Shown here: in pieces, positions 52,850 to 63,200 of the stretch
Position numbering within the stretch: position 1 is the first letter of the stretch
Layout of the letters: each line of letters opens with the position of its first letter
Assembly (NCBI GenBank): GCA_018001935.1
Contig: JAGNHB010000005.1
Span: forward strand, 59,618 to 123,617
Direction of reading: 5' to 3'
From: Acidobacteriota bacterium
GTDB taxonomy: Bacteria; Acidobacteriota; JAAYUB01
DNA length: 64,000 nucleotides
Translations under genes and position numbers: made by a program
The notes under the pieces: generated by a model
The model's database searches: none
The model's input: the letters and a program-made list of their open reading frames with translations, nothing else
What the model was told of the DNA's origin: nothing

Positions 52850-54304
52850 TCAGCGGTCGGGGGTTTCGGGGAGGCAGGCGCGGCAGATGGTGTCCCCCGG
52901 CTTGAGGGGGGCCCCGCAGAAGAGGCACTTTTCGGGGGTTTTGTCCTTGAGGGGCGCGCGGGATTTCCGCTTGTCGCCCCCGGCGGCGGTGCGACGCTGC
53001 AGGACCGCCTCGCAGCGCCAGACCAGGCCCTGGATCTCCGGGGCGGTCTTGTCGATCCGCGCCCGCCACGTCACCTCGTCGTAACGGTCGAGCAGGTCGA
53101 GGACGCGGCCGGCGCGTTCGGGCCCGCCCTTGACGAACCGCTCCAGGGAACGGTAGGCGAGCTTCCGGAGGTCGGCCACCGTGGTGGTGAAGGTGCACAG
53201 GAGGGCCAGCAGGACGGCCTGGACCCGGCCCGAGATGTCCTCGCCCGTGAGCTGCATCTGCTCGAGGTAGAACGCGAGGCCGTCCAGGACTTCCGGGGAA
53301 GGGGACTCGAAGAAGGGGGTCACGATGTCCGACTGCTCCGGGTGGAGCCGGAAGAGCATCTTGTCGCTGTTGGCCTCGTCCACGAAGGGGGCGTCGTCCC
53401 ACTCCATGTAGAAGTAGGTCCAGCACTGTGGGCAGCGCCGCATGTGCGGGCCGATGGCCTCGATCCGGCGGGCCGCCTCGGGGAACTCGGCGGAGAGGGC
53501 CCGGAAGGTGATGGAGTCCGGGAGGGCCCGGCAGACGGGGCAGTTGGACCGGAGGGTGTTCTCGCAGCCGCTCAGCATGGCCTGGAGGTGGGGGTCCTTG
53601 TCGAGGCCCCGGGCCCCGAGGGCCTCCCGGACCGCGTCCAGCCGTTGCCGGTCTTGGGCGCCCAGGGCGGAGAGCGTGGACATGATGGTGACGAAGGCGT
53701 CGCTGTTCCGGTTGATCACCCCCAGCGCCTGGGTCAGGGCCGGGATGGCCGGGGTGATGTCGCATCCCTTCCGCCGGTTTTCCGCAAAGAAGCGGGCCGC
53801 GCGGTCCACCTTCACCGGGTGGCGGGGGGCGTCGAGCAGGGCCTCGAGGTGGGCGGGGGCCTTCTCGGTGAAGTCGGCCGCCAGCTTCCGGATGTAGCTG
53901 AGGGCGACGGCGGTTCGCCGGGCGCCTTCCTGGCGGCTCAGGCGGGTCAGGGTGATCTCGTCCTCGGAGCCGTCGACGCGGTGCTCGTAGTCGAAACGCC
54001 ACGCGTACAGGGTCCCGCAGTCGGGGCACTCGAGCAGGCAGTGGTTGGGGTGGCTGGTGTCGGTGTCGAAGTAGGGGGCGCCCAGGACCCGGAGGCACTT
54101 GAGGTTCCGGGGAAGGGTGTCGGTCAGCATCTGCCCCGCCTTCCACCGGGCCCATGATCGGTCGGCGATCTCCCGGCAGAGGGGGCAGGCGGTGTGCGGG
54201 TGGCGGTGCGTTTCGCCCGGCCCGGCCGCGGAACGGGGTCTCCGGCGGGGTTTGCCCCCCGGGCCCGAGGCGTCCGGATCGGTCGGATGGTCTTTTTCGC
54301 TCAT
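52850..54304 (-). CDS. Hypothetical protein with several CxxC pairs (zinc-ribbon-like) and a helical core
   Basis: The ATG at 54304 gives MSEKDHP. The CxxC pairs are CPLC, CPDC, CPVC, CPQC and CLFC...CRAC. The composition is protein-like and I recognise no family. Confidence 0.6.
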   Translation of the reverse strand: MSEKDHPTDPDASGPGGKPRRRPRSAAGPGETHRHPHTACPLCREIADRSWARWKAGQMLTDTLPRNLKCLRVLGAPYFDTDTSHPNHCLLECPDCGTLYAWRFDYEHRVDGSEDEITLTRLSRQEGARRTAVALSYIRKLAADFTEKAPAHLEALLDAPRHPVKVDRAARFFAENRRKGCDITPAIPALTQALGVINRNSDAFVTIMSTLSALGAQDRQRLDAVREALGARGLDKDPHLQAMLSGCENTLRSNCPVCRALPDSITFRALSAEFPEAARRIEAIGPHMRRCPQCWTYFYMEWDDAPFVDEANSDKMLFRLHPEQSDIVTPFFESPSPEVLDGLAFYLEQMQLTGEDISGRVQAVLLALLCTFTTTVADLRKLAYRSLERFVKGGPERAGRVLDLLDRYDEVTWRARIDKTAPEIQGLVWRCEAVLQRRTAAGGDKRKSRAPLKDKTPEKCLFCGAPLKPGDTICRACLPETPDR

Positions 54305-54601
54305 GGTCTCATCGTGAAAAACCGTGCCCGCCCTGGTCGGCGGGCGGTGGAACCGTGGCCGTGAACACGACCCCAGCATACCCGCAAGCGGGCCCTTTGT
54401 CAAGGCTCGACGTCGAGGCCGTGTCAGTGCCGTGCCGCTCCGGCGGCCCGCGCGGCGCGGTCAAAACGGCGATCCGGGCCTGCGCGTCGCACGCCGCATG
54501 GCGGGCAGGAGTTTTTCCTGTACCGTCGCGGATCCCGTCGCGATACCGATAGCGATACCGATGCCGATAGGTCACTCTCCGAACCTGCAGCCCAACCCGG
54601 A

Positions 54602-54959
54602 CAAACCGGGAAGAAACCACGGATGAACACGGATGGACACGGATCATCCGGACGCTCCAGAAAAATAACAGGCGGTCTTTACCTCTCGCAAAGGCGCAAA
54701 GACGCAAAGCCTCGCAAAACCGGAACCGGAAAAGGGGGATTCCTTTGCGAGGCTTTGCGTCCTGGCGTCTTTGCGAGAGACCTGATACGTCGATTCCGGA
54801 ACCGGATCAGCACCAGTGGGGCATTTTAGCCCCGTGGCATGCGGACGACGCTGCCGGGATTCCCTCCTCCGTCCCCGCATCGGGTTTCCCCGCTCTGAAA
54901 GCGGTGGGAGCCCACCGATGATCTCAAATCTTGCTCATTTTGCCAAAGATCTTACTTCG
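54602..54959 (+). repeat. Two-copy ~350-nt structured non-coding element, copy B
   Basis: See copy A. Copy B carries one extra CACGGATGAA word and a better-paired central hairpin: CTCTCGCAAAGGCGCAAAGACGCAAAGCCTCGCAAA against TTTGCGAGGCTTTGCGTCCTGGCGTCTTTGCGAGAG. Confidence 0.85.
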
Positions 54960-55029
54960 TAGGGACTACAGCCCACAGCCTATCAACCTCCCCCATCGGC
55001 TTCTCCCCCGGATTTCCCCGCCGAATCGC

Positions 55030-55058
55030 TTGACAGGCACACCCCCGAGTGCTAGGCT
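55030..55058 (+). promoter_or_regulatory. Candidate promoter TTGACA-17 nt-TAGGCT for the gcv operon
   Basis: A perfect -35 lies at 55030-55035. The site is ~45 nt upstream of the gcvT GTG. Confidence 0.4.
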
Positions 55059-55101
55059 TCACCCTTGTCCCGACACTCGAATCCCCAAGCCGGAGGTCCC
55101 C

Positions 55102-56202
<1,101 letters not shown>

Positions 56203-56313
56203 GTACGCGGCCCGAGCCGAGGGCCGCGCCCGGATTGAAAACGAAAGCGCCCGCCTCGGCTCGGCGGGCGTACGGGTGGAAAGATGCCGCCCGCCTCGGC
56301 TCGGCGGGCGTAC
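56203..56313. repeat. REP-like palindromic hairpin units (3 copies) in the gcvT-gcvH spacer
   Basis: The three units are GTACGCGGCCCGAGCCGAGGGCCGCGCC, GCGCCCGCCTCGGCTCGGCGGGCGTAC and GCCGCCCGCCTCGGCTCGGCGGGCGTAC. They belong to the same family as 10311-10474. Confidence 0.8.
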
Positions 56314-56332
56314 TTTAGAGGAGGTTAACCCC

Positions 56333-56722
56333 ATGTATTCCGATGATTTTCTCTACACCAAGGACCACGAGTGGGTTCGGGTTGAAAACGGCGACGCCAC
56401 GGTGGGGATCACCAACCACGCCCAGCACGAGCTGGGGGACATCGTCTTCGTCGAGCTGCCCGACATCGGGAAAACCCTGGAGGTCGGCGAGAAACTGGCC
56501 ACGGTGGAGTCCGTGAAGGCCGTGTCCGACGTGTACTCGCCCGTGGGCGGGGAAGTGCTCCAGGTGAACGACGTCCTCACCGAGAAGCCCGAGCTGGTCA
56601 ACCAGGACCCGCACGGGGAAGGGTGGATCGCCAAGCTTCGCCTGGCCGACCGGAAGGACCTGGAAGGCCTGATGTCCGCCGACGAGTACGAGACGTACCT
56701 GGCGGAGGTGGAGAAGTCCTGA
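56333..56722 (+). CDS. gcvH: Glycine cleavage system H protein
   Basis: It has YTKDHEWV and the lipoyl-lysine motif ESVKAVSDVYSP. An RBS, AGAGGAGG, precedes the ATG at 56333. Confidence 0.95.
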   Translation: MYSDDFLYTKDHEWVRVENGDATVGITNHAQHELGDIVFVELPDIGKTLEVGEKLATVESVKAVSDVYSPVGGEVLQVNDVLTEKPELVNQDPHGEGWIAKLRLADRKDLEGLMSADEYETYLAEVEKS

Positions 56723-58071
56723 TGGCCTACATACCCAATGCGCAGCGCGAGGTGGCCGCCATGCTCGCGGAGCTGGGGCTGCCGGATGTCAACGCCCTCT
56801 TTGCGTCCATCCCCGGGGCGGTCCGGCTCGAGGGGCCGCTCCCCATGCCGGAAGGGAAATCGGAACTCGAGGTGGACCGCCACTTCCAGAACCTGGGCCG
56901 CCTGAACACGGGCGTCCTGGAGTTCGCCACCTTCCTGGGCGCGGGGGCCTACCGGCATTTCGTCCCCTCGGTGATCGATGCCCTGATCTCACGGTCGGAG
57001 TTCTTCACGGCCTACACGCCCTACCAGCCCGAGATCAGCCAGGGGACGCTCCAGGCCGTCTTCGAGTACCAGAGCATGGTCTCGATGCTCACCGGGCTCG
57101 ACGTGACCAACGCCTCCATGTACGACGGCGCCACCGCCGTAACCGAGGCCGTCCTCATGGCCAACCGCGCCAACAACCGCAAGCGGGTCCTGGTGGCCGG
57201 CAGCCTCCACCCCTTCTACCGCGAGGTGATGTCCACCTACGTCCGCAACTTCGAGATCGTGCTGGAGACCCTGCCCTGGGGCCCCGACGGTCGCCTCGAT
57301 GCGGCGTCCCTCCAGTCGAAGCTGGGGGATGACGTGGCCGCCGTGGTGGTGCAGTCGCCCAACGTCTTCGGCGTGGTGGAGGACCTCCCGGCGGCCGCCG
57401 ACGCGGCGCACGGGAAGAAGGCCCTCCTGGTGGCCGCCTTCACCGAGGCGCTCTCCCTGGCCTACCTCCGGCCGCCGGGGGAGTGCGGCGCCGACGTGGC
57501 AGCCGGCGAGGGGCAGTCCTTCGGGATCCCGCTCTCGTTCGGCGGGCCCTACCTGGGGATCTTCTCCACCACCAACGCCCACGTCCGGCGCATGCCGGGG
57601 CGCGTGGTGGGCCTGACGAACGACACCCAGGGGCGCCGCGGCTTCGTGCTGACCCTCTCCACGCGCGAGCAGCACATCCGGCGGGAGAAGGCCACCTCCA
57701 ACATCTGCACCAACGAGGGGCTTTGCGCCCTCATGGCGTCGGTGTACCTCTCGTATGCCGGCCGGTCCGGTCTGAAGGCCGTGGCCGAACAGAATGCCGC
57801 CAAGGCCGCCTACGCGTCGGAGGTTCTCGCCCGCGTGCCCGGCGTGCAGCGACGTTTCACCGGCCCCTTCTTCAACGAGTTCGTCCTGACGCTGCCGCGA
57901 GACCCCCAGGCCTTCGCCCGCTACTGCAAAACGCGGAGGATCGTCCCGGGCGTGCCCCTGAAGTGGTTCTACCCGGAGATGACCCGGGAGATCCTGGTGA
58001 GCGTCACCGAGATGAACACCCGGCAGGAGATCGACGCGCTGGCGTCGGCCCTCGCCGAATTCTGCCGGTAG
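56722..58071 (+). CDS. gcvPA: Glycine dehydrogenase (decarboxylating) subunit 1
   Basis: It begins MAYIPNAQREVAAMLAELG and has FLGAGAYRHFVPSVID and QPEISQGTLQ. Its start overlaps the gcvH stop (TGATG). Confidence 0.95.
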   Translation: MAYIPNAQREVAAMLAELGLPDVNALFASIPGAVRLEGPLPMPEGKSELEVDRHFQNLGRLNTGVLEFATFLGAGAYRHFVPSVIDALISRSEFFTAYTPYQPEISQGTLQAVFEYQSMVSMLTGLDVTNASMYDGATAVTEAVLMANRANNRKRVLVAGSLHPFYREVMSTYVRNFEIVLETLPWGPDGRLDAASLQSKLGDDVAAVVVQSPNVFGVVEDLPAAADAAHGKKALLVAAFTEALSLAYLRPPGECGADVAAGEGQSFGIPLSFGGPYLGIFSTTNAHVRRMPGRVVGLTNDTQGRRGFVLTLSTREQHIRREKATSNICTNEGLCALMASVYLSYAGRSGLKAVAEQNAAKAAYASEVLARVPGVQRRFTGPFFNEFVLTLPRDPQAFARYCKTRRIVPGVPLKWFYPEMTREILVSVTEMNTRQEIDALASALAEFCR

Positions 58072-58086
58072 CGGGAGGAAGCGGCC

Positions 58087-59565
58087 ATGACCCAACGCGT
58101 ACGAAAAACCATTTCCATCGACGAACCGTTGCTGTTCGAGAAGCCGGGCGCGCGCGAGAGCAGCCTCCGCCTTCCCGCCCTGGACGTTCCGCCGGCCAGC
58201 GCCGTTCCGGAGGGCCTCCGCCGGGGCGACATCCCCCACTTCCCCGAACTGGGCGAGGTGGACGTGGTCCGTCACTTCACCCGCCTCTCCACCTGGAACT
58301 ACCACGTGGACCTCGGCCTCTACCCGCTGGGGTCCTGCACCATGAAGTACAACCCGAAGCTGAACGAGAAGGTGGCCCGCATCGCCAGCCTGGCGGAGGC
58401 GCACCCCCTCCAGCTTCACGAGAACACCCAGGGGAGCCTGCAGCTCATGAAGGAGCTGGAGGAGGCCCTGCTGGCCGCCACCGGCATGGACGGCGTGACG
58501 CTGCAGCCGTCCGCGGGCGCCCACGGCGAACTGACGGGGATGATGCTCATCCGGGCCGCCCTGACCCGCCGCGGCAACCCCCGGAAGAAGGTCCTGATCC
58601 CCGACTCGGCCCACGGCACCAACCCTGCCAGCGCGGTGCTGTGCGCCTACGAGACCGTCACCCTCAAGTCCAACGCCAAGGGGTGCGTGGACCTCGAGGA
58701 ACTCAAGGCCCACCTGGACGCCGACGTCGCCTGCCTGATGGTCACCAACCCCAACACCCTGGGGGTTTTCGAAGAGAACATCCGGGAGATCGCCCGGCTC
58801 CTCCACGACAACGGGTCCTTCCTCTACATGGACGGCGCCAACTTCAACGCCTTCCTGGGCGTCGCCCGGCCGGGGGACATGGGCGTGGACGTGATGCACA
58901 TCAACCTCCACAAGACCTTCTCCACGCCCCACGGCGGCGGCGGCCCGGGCGCCGGGCCCGTGGTGGTGGTCCGGGAGCTGGTGCCCTTCCTGCCGGTGCC
59001 CGTGATCTCGGCTCACGGCGACGGAAGCCTCTTCCTCGACTATCAGCGCCCCGACACCATCGGGAAGGTGTCCGCGTTCTACGGGAACTACGGCGTGCTG
59101 ATCCGGGCCCTGGCCTACATCCTGCGCCTGGGTTCGGACGGTCTCCGAGGCGTGGCCGAGAACGCGGTGCTCAACGCCAACTACCTCCGGCACCGCCTCC
59201 GGGACGTGCTCAGCCTCCCTTACGACCAGCCGACCCTCCACGAGGTGATCTTCAACGACCAGAAGCAGTCGGCGAAGGGCGTCACCACCATGGACATCGC
59301 CAAGCGGCTGCTGGATAAAGGTTTCCACCCGCCCACGGTCTACTTCCCCCTGATCGTCCACGGGGCGTTCATGGTGGAGCCCACCGAGACCGAGCCGCGG
59401 GAGGAACTGGACGCCTTCATCGCCGCCGTGAAGGCCGTCGCCCGGGAAGCGGAGGAGGACCCCGAGGGCCTGCACGCGGCCCCCCGGGACGTCCGCAACA
59501 CCCGTTTCGACGAGACCCAGGCGGCGCGCAAGCCCGTCCTCACCTGGATGCAGGCCGGAAAATAG
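58087..59565 (+). CDS. gcvPB: Glycine dehydrogenase (decarboxylating) subunit 2
   Basis: It has LGSCTMKYNP and NLHKTFSTPHGGGGPG (the PLP Lys region). The length is 492 aa. Confidence 0.95.
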   Translation: MTQRVRKTISIDEPLLFEKPGARESSLRLPALDVPPASAVPEGLRRGDIPHFPELGEVDVVRHFTRLSTWNYHVDLGLYPLGSCTMKYNPKLNEKVARIASLAEAHPLQLHENTQGSLQLMKELEEALLAATGMDGVTLQPSAGAHGELTGMMLIRAALTRRGNPRKKVLIPDSAHGTNPASAVLCAYETVTLKSNAKGCVDLEELKAHLDADVACLMVTNPNTLGVFEENIREIARLLHDNGSFLYMDGANFNAFLGVARPGDMGVDVMHINLHKTFSTPHGGGGPGAGPVVVVRELVPFLPVPVISAHGDGSLFLDYQRPDTIGKVSAFYGNYGVLIRALAYILRLGSDGLRGVAENAVLNANYLRHRLRDVLSLPYDQPTLHEVIFNDQKQSAKGVTTMDIAKRLLDKGFHPPTVYFPLIVHGAFMVEPTETEPREELDAFIAAVKAVAREAEEDPEGLHAAPRDVRNTRFDETQAARKPVLTWMQAGK

Positions 59566-59592
59566 GGCTGCCCGGACTTTTTCCAACGACAA

Positions 59593-59621
59593 CGCGGGGG
59601 CTCCCACCCCCGCGTTTTTTT
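59593..59621 (+). terminator. Rho-independent terminator of the gcv operon
   Basis: The stem is CGCGGGGG / CCCCCGCG, the loop is CTCCCA, and T7 follows. It begins 28 nt after the stop. Confidence 0.85.
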
Positions 59622-59726
59622 ATCTTACCCTGGCCTGGCGGAAACCGGGGGGCTGGGTGAGGAAGGCTGCGGGTTGAAGGCCCGGTGGCGGCTTTCCCCC
59701 CGCCGGGGCTCCCTCGGGCGGTGGCC

Positions 59727-60125
59727 GGAAAGGACGAAAGGACCAGAAGGACCAAAAGGACCAAAGGGACGGCCGGGGGAGACAAGGCGGAGACAAACAG
59801 GGGACAAAGGGAGCATCGGCGGGGGGGGCGCCGCGCGTCGCAGGCAGACCTGCCTGGCTTTGCGCTTCCCGTCACCCCAAGCCCCCGTTGCCGAAGCACC
59901 CCGCCTGCCGAAGCACCCCGCCTGCCGAAGCACCCCGTCTGCCTAAGCCCCTGTCGGCCCAAGCCCCCGTCGGCCCACGCACCCCATCTGCCGAAGCCCC
60001 CATCGGCCCAAGCTCCCCGTCGGCCCACGCACCCTTCGACCCTTCGGCTTCGTCGGCCGCGCAGGCCCCGTCGGCCTCGCCGGTTTCGTCTGTCCCTTTG
60101 GTCCTTTTGGTCCTTTCGTCCCTTC
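59727..60125. repeat. GGACCAAA-armed cassette 3 enclosing ~17-nt GC-rich tandem array
   Basis: The left arm is GGAAAGGACGAAAGGACCAGAAGGACCAAAAGGACCAAAGGGACGG (59727-59772). The right arm is CTGTCCCTTTGGTCCTTTTGGTCCTTTCGTCCCTTC (60090-60125). The interior has (CCGAAGCACCCCGCCTG)x3 followed by degenerate units. Confidence 0.85.
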
Positions 60126-60278
60126 GCACCCCCGTGTTCCCGCATGCCGAAACCGAGTGGTTTGCGCGGGGCCGCGCCGCAGTCCGCGGGGCAGCCGAAA
60201 AAGCGCTTGCCAATTGACCGGCAGCTTCCTATGATGGTCGTCAGGACCCGGGAATTCCGAGGAGGATGGAACCAACGC

Positions 60279-63200
60279 ATGCTCTGCCGTTTTCGATGGA
60301 CGCTCGTGATGCTGTTCTCGCTGGGGGTGTTGCCCCGGGGCATCGCGGCACACATCCCCGGCATCGACATCGTCTCCGGTTCCCCCCTGGTCCGGTTGTG
60401 GTCCACCGAGCAGGGGCTGCCCAACAACTCCGTCATCGACCTCTGCCTCTCCCGGGACGGGTCTCTGTGGCTCGCCACCCTCGAGGGCCTGGCGCGGTTC
60501 GACGGCAGCGAGTTCGAGGTGTTCAACGAGACCACGTCCCCCGGGATGAACACGAGCCGCCTCCTGAGTGTGGTGGAGAGCCGCAACGGCGATCTCTGGG
60601 CGGGGAGCGAGGCGTCCGGGCTGCTGCACCTCCGGGGGGGGCGGTGGACCCGGTACGACCATCGGACGGGGCTCCCCGGGAACCGTATCCGGGACCTCTG
60701 CGAGGACGCGCGGGGGACCCTCTGGGTCGCCACCGACCGCGGACTGGCCCGGGGCGGGACCGCCGGCTTCCGGCCTGTCGCCCTCCCGGCCCCGTGGGGC
60801 CGCCAGGAGGTGCTCCGGTTGAGCCCGGACCCGCGCGGGTGGCTCTGGGTCAGCTTCCTGAACGGGGTGGACCCCGTGGCCGTGGACATGGAGGGACGGG
60901 TCCTGAGGGGGCCGTCGGCCCAGTTGTCGGGTTACGACGCCTGCATCGTCCAGGCCGACGCCCGGGGGTACCTGTGGCTGGGCTGCTGGACCGACGGGCT
61001 CTGGAAGCTGGACGCCCGAGGACTGGAGAAGCCGGTTCACGTCATCGAGAAGAAGAACGTCCGGTCCCTGGCCTGTGACCCGGACGGGGTCGTGTGGGTC
61101 GGAAGCGACCCGGAACTCTACCGGGTCACGGCGGAGGGGGCGGCCGAGAAAATCCTCACCACCGGCGGTGACGGCCGGTTCCTCTCGCTGCTGGCCGACG
61201 CGGACCACAACCTCTGGGTCGGTTTCGAGCGAGTCGGGCTGCTGCGGGTGGGGCGCCCCCTGGTCCGGATGCACGCCACGGGGCTCGGCGGGGACGGCGA
61301 GATCATCCTGTCCCTGGCGGACGACCACCAGGGCGGGGTTTACGTGGGGACCAACGGCGGCGGCCCGGTCCGCTGGCAAGACGGGCGGTTCGCCCGGATC
61401 ACGGCCGAGGTCCCCCAGGCGTCGTGGGAAAGGGAACCGGTCGAGGGGGCGCACGGGGCCCGCCCCCCCGGTACCATCCCCTTGCAGTACGTCTGGGCCG
61501 TCCTGTGCGACCGCCGGGGCCGGATGTGGATGGGGACGGAACGCTACGGTCTCTGGCGGAAGGAGGGCGAGGGGTTCATTTCGCTCCGGGGCGGGCCGGA
61601 CCGGCACCCGTTGACGGTCCGCTGCCTGATGGAGGACCGGGCCGGGAACGTGTGGGCGGGCGACCAATCGGGGACCCTGACCCGTTTCGACCCCCGGGAT
61701 GCCGCCCGGACGTTCGGCCCCGCCGACGGCCTGCCGGGGACCGCCGTCATCAGCCTCCTGGAAGGACGCGACGGCACGATCTGGGTGGGCACCATCGACC
61801 GGGGGGCCTACCGGATCAAAGACGGCCGGATCCGGGCCGCAGGCGATCACCCCGCCCTGGCGGGCGCCGACGTCCGCGTGTTCCGGGAGTACCCCGACGG
61901 GACCCTGCTGGTGGGGACCTACGGCCGGGGCCTCTTCGTGATCTCGGGCGGACGGACCGTCCGCCTGTCCAGCCGGGAGGGCTTCCCCACCGACATCGTG
62001 TCCTCGCTCCTCTCGGGCGGCGGGTGGCTCTGGATGGGGACCAACCGGGGCATCTACGCCGTTCGGGAGCCGGACCTGCTTGCGTTCGCCCTCGACCCCG
62101 GCCGTGAACTGTGGGCGGTCCGGATCGATCGCGAGGAGGGGCTCGTCCCGGAGGAGACCAACGGCGGAAGCCAGCCGGCCGCCCTCCGGCTCCCTGACGG
62201 TCGGCTCCTGTTCCCCACCATCCGGGGGATCGCCGAAATCAACCCGGGGGATTTCGAGCCCGACCTGAACCCCCCGGCGGTCCGGATCCGGAAGGTCCGG
62301 GTGAACGACCGTCCCGTGCCGACGAACGCCCCGATCCAGCTGGGGGCCGGTTCCCACAACCTCGCCTTCGAATTCGGCGCGGTCTGCCTCGTCGGGGGGG
62401 ACAAGGTCCGTTACCGTTATCGCCTGGAAGGGTACGACACCGGCTGGTCGCGGCCCGACCCTCATCGCAGCGTCCAGTACACCGGCATACCGCCCGGGGA
62501 GTACACCTTCCGGGTGACCGCCTGCAACAGCGACGGGGTGTGGAACCCCGGCGGCGTCTCGGTGCGGGTTTCCATCGCCCCCCACTTCTACCGGACGCCC
62601 TGGTTCATCGTCCTGGCCGTGGTGGTGCTGGCGTTGGCCGTCTTCGGGGTATTCCGCTGGCGGACCCTCGCCATCCGGCGGCGGGCCCGGGGCCTGTCCC
62701 GCATGGTGGACCTCCGGACGGCGGACCTCCGGCGCGAGGTGGAGGAGCGAAAGACCGCGGAAGCCGCTCTTCGGGAAAGCGAGGCGATGTTCCGCAGCCT
62801 GGCCGAGGAGTCCCTGGTGGGGGTGTTCATCCACCAGAAGGGCAAGGTCGTCTACCTGAACACCCAGATGGCCCAGATCATCGGCCGGGACCGCGCGGAG
62901 CTGGTGGGCCGCGACCCCCTGCTGGAGAACGTCGATGCGGCGGACCGGGAGCGGCTGACGGAGAAACTGGCCCGCCTGGCGAGCGGGGAACTCCGCGCCG
63001 CGCACTTCCAGTTCGGGGCGAAACGGGCCCTCGACCGGCAGGGCTATTTCGAGGCCTACATGGCGGGCATCGTCTTCCACGGCGAACCGGCGGTCCTCGG
63101 TTCGCTGATCGACATCACCGAGCGCCGGCTCTCGGAAACGGCCCTGGCCGACAAGACCCGCCAGCTGGAGGAACTCACCGTGTACCTGGAGCAGCGGGTC

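Noticed and set aside
54690-54720. ACGCAAAGCC string resembling the c-di-GMP-I (GEMM) riboswitch core
   Set aside because: It is simply one of the CGCAAAG repeat words. The surrounding GEMM features (GNRA tetraloop, receptor, P1/P2 arrangement) are absent.
54644-54880. Small ORFs inside the duplicated 350-nt element (78 aa here, 66 aa at 39944..40144, both starting M-K/R-GRRESRQRRP)
   Set aside because: Similarity is limited to the first ~12 codons. Indels between the copies then break the frame, and the composition is Arg-rich and shadow-like. The conservation is at the nucleotide level.
54936-54950. Four-codon mini-ORF (ATG AGC AAG ATT TGA, minus strand) in the AT-rich tail of the element, as a possible leader peptide
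   Set aside because: It is conserved in both copies, but it has no obvious RBS and no downstream gene at a suitable distance. It is too short to evaluate from sequence alone.
54960-55101. Glycine riboswitch upstream of gcvT
   Set aside because: I could not find the conserved aptamer core (GGAGAG...CACCGAAGGGGCAA...CUCUGG-type elements) on the sense strand. This needs cmscan to be definitive.
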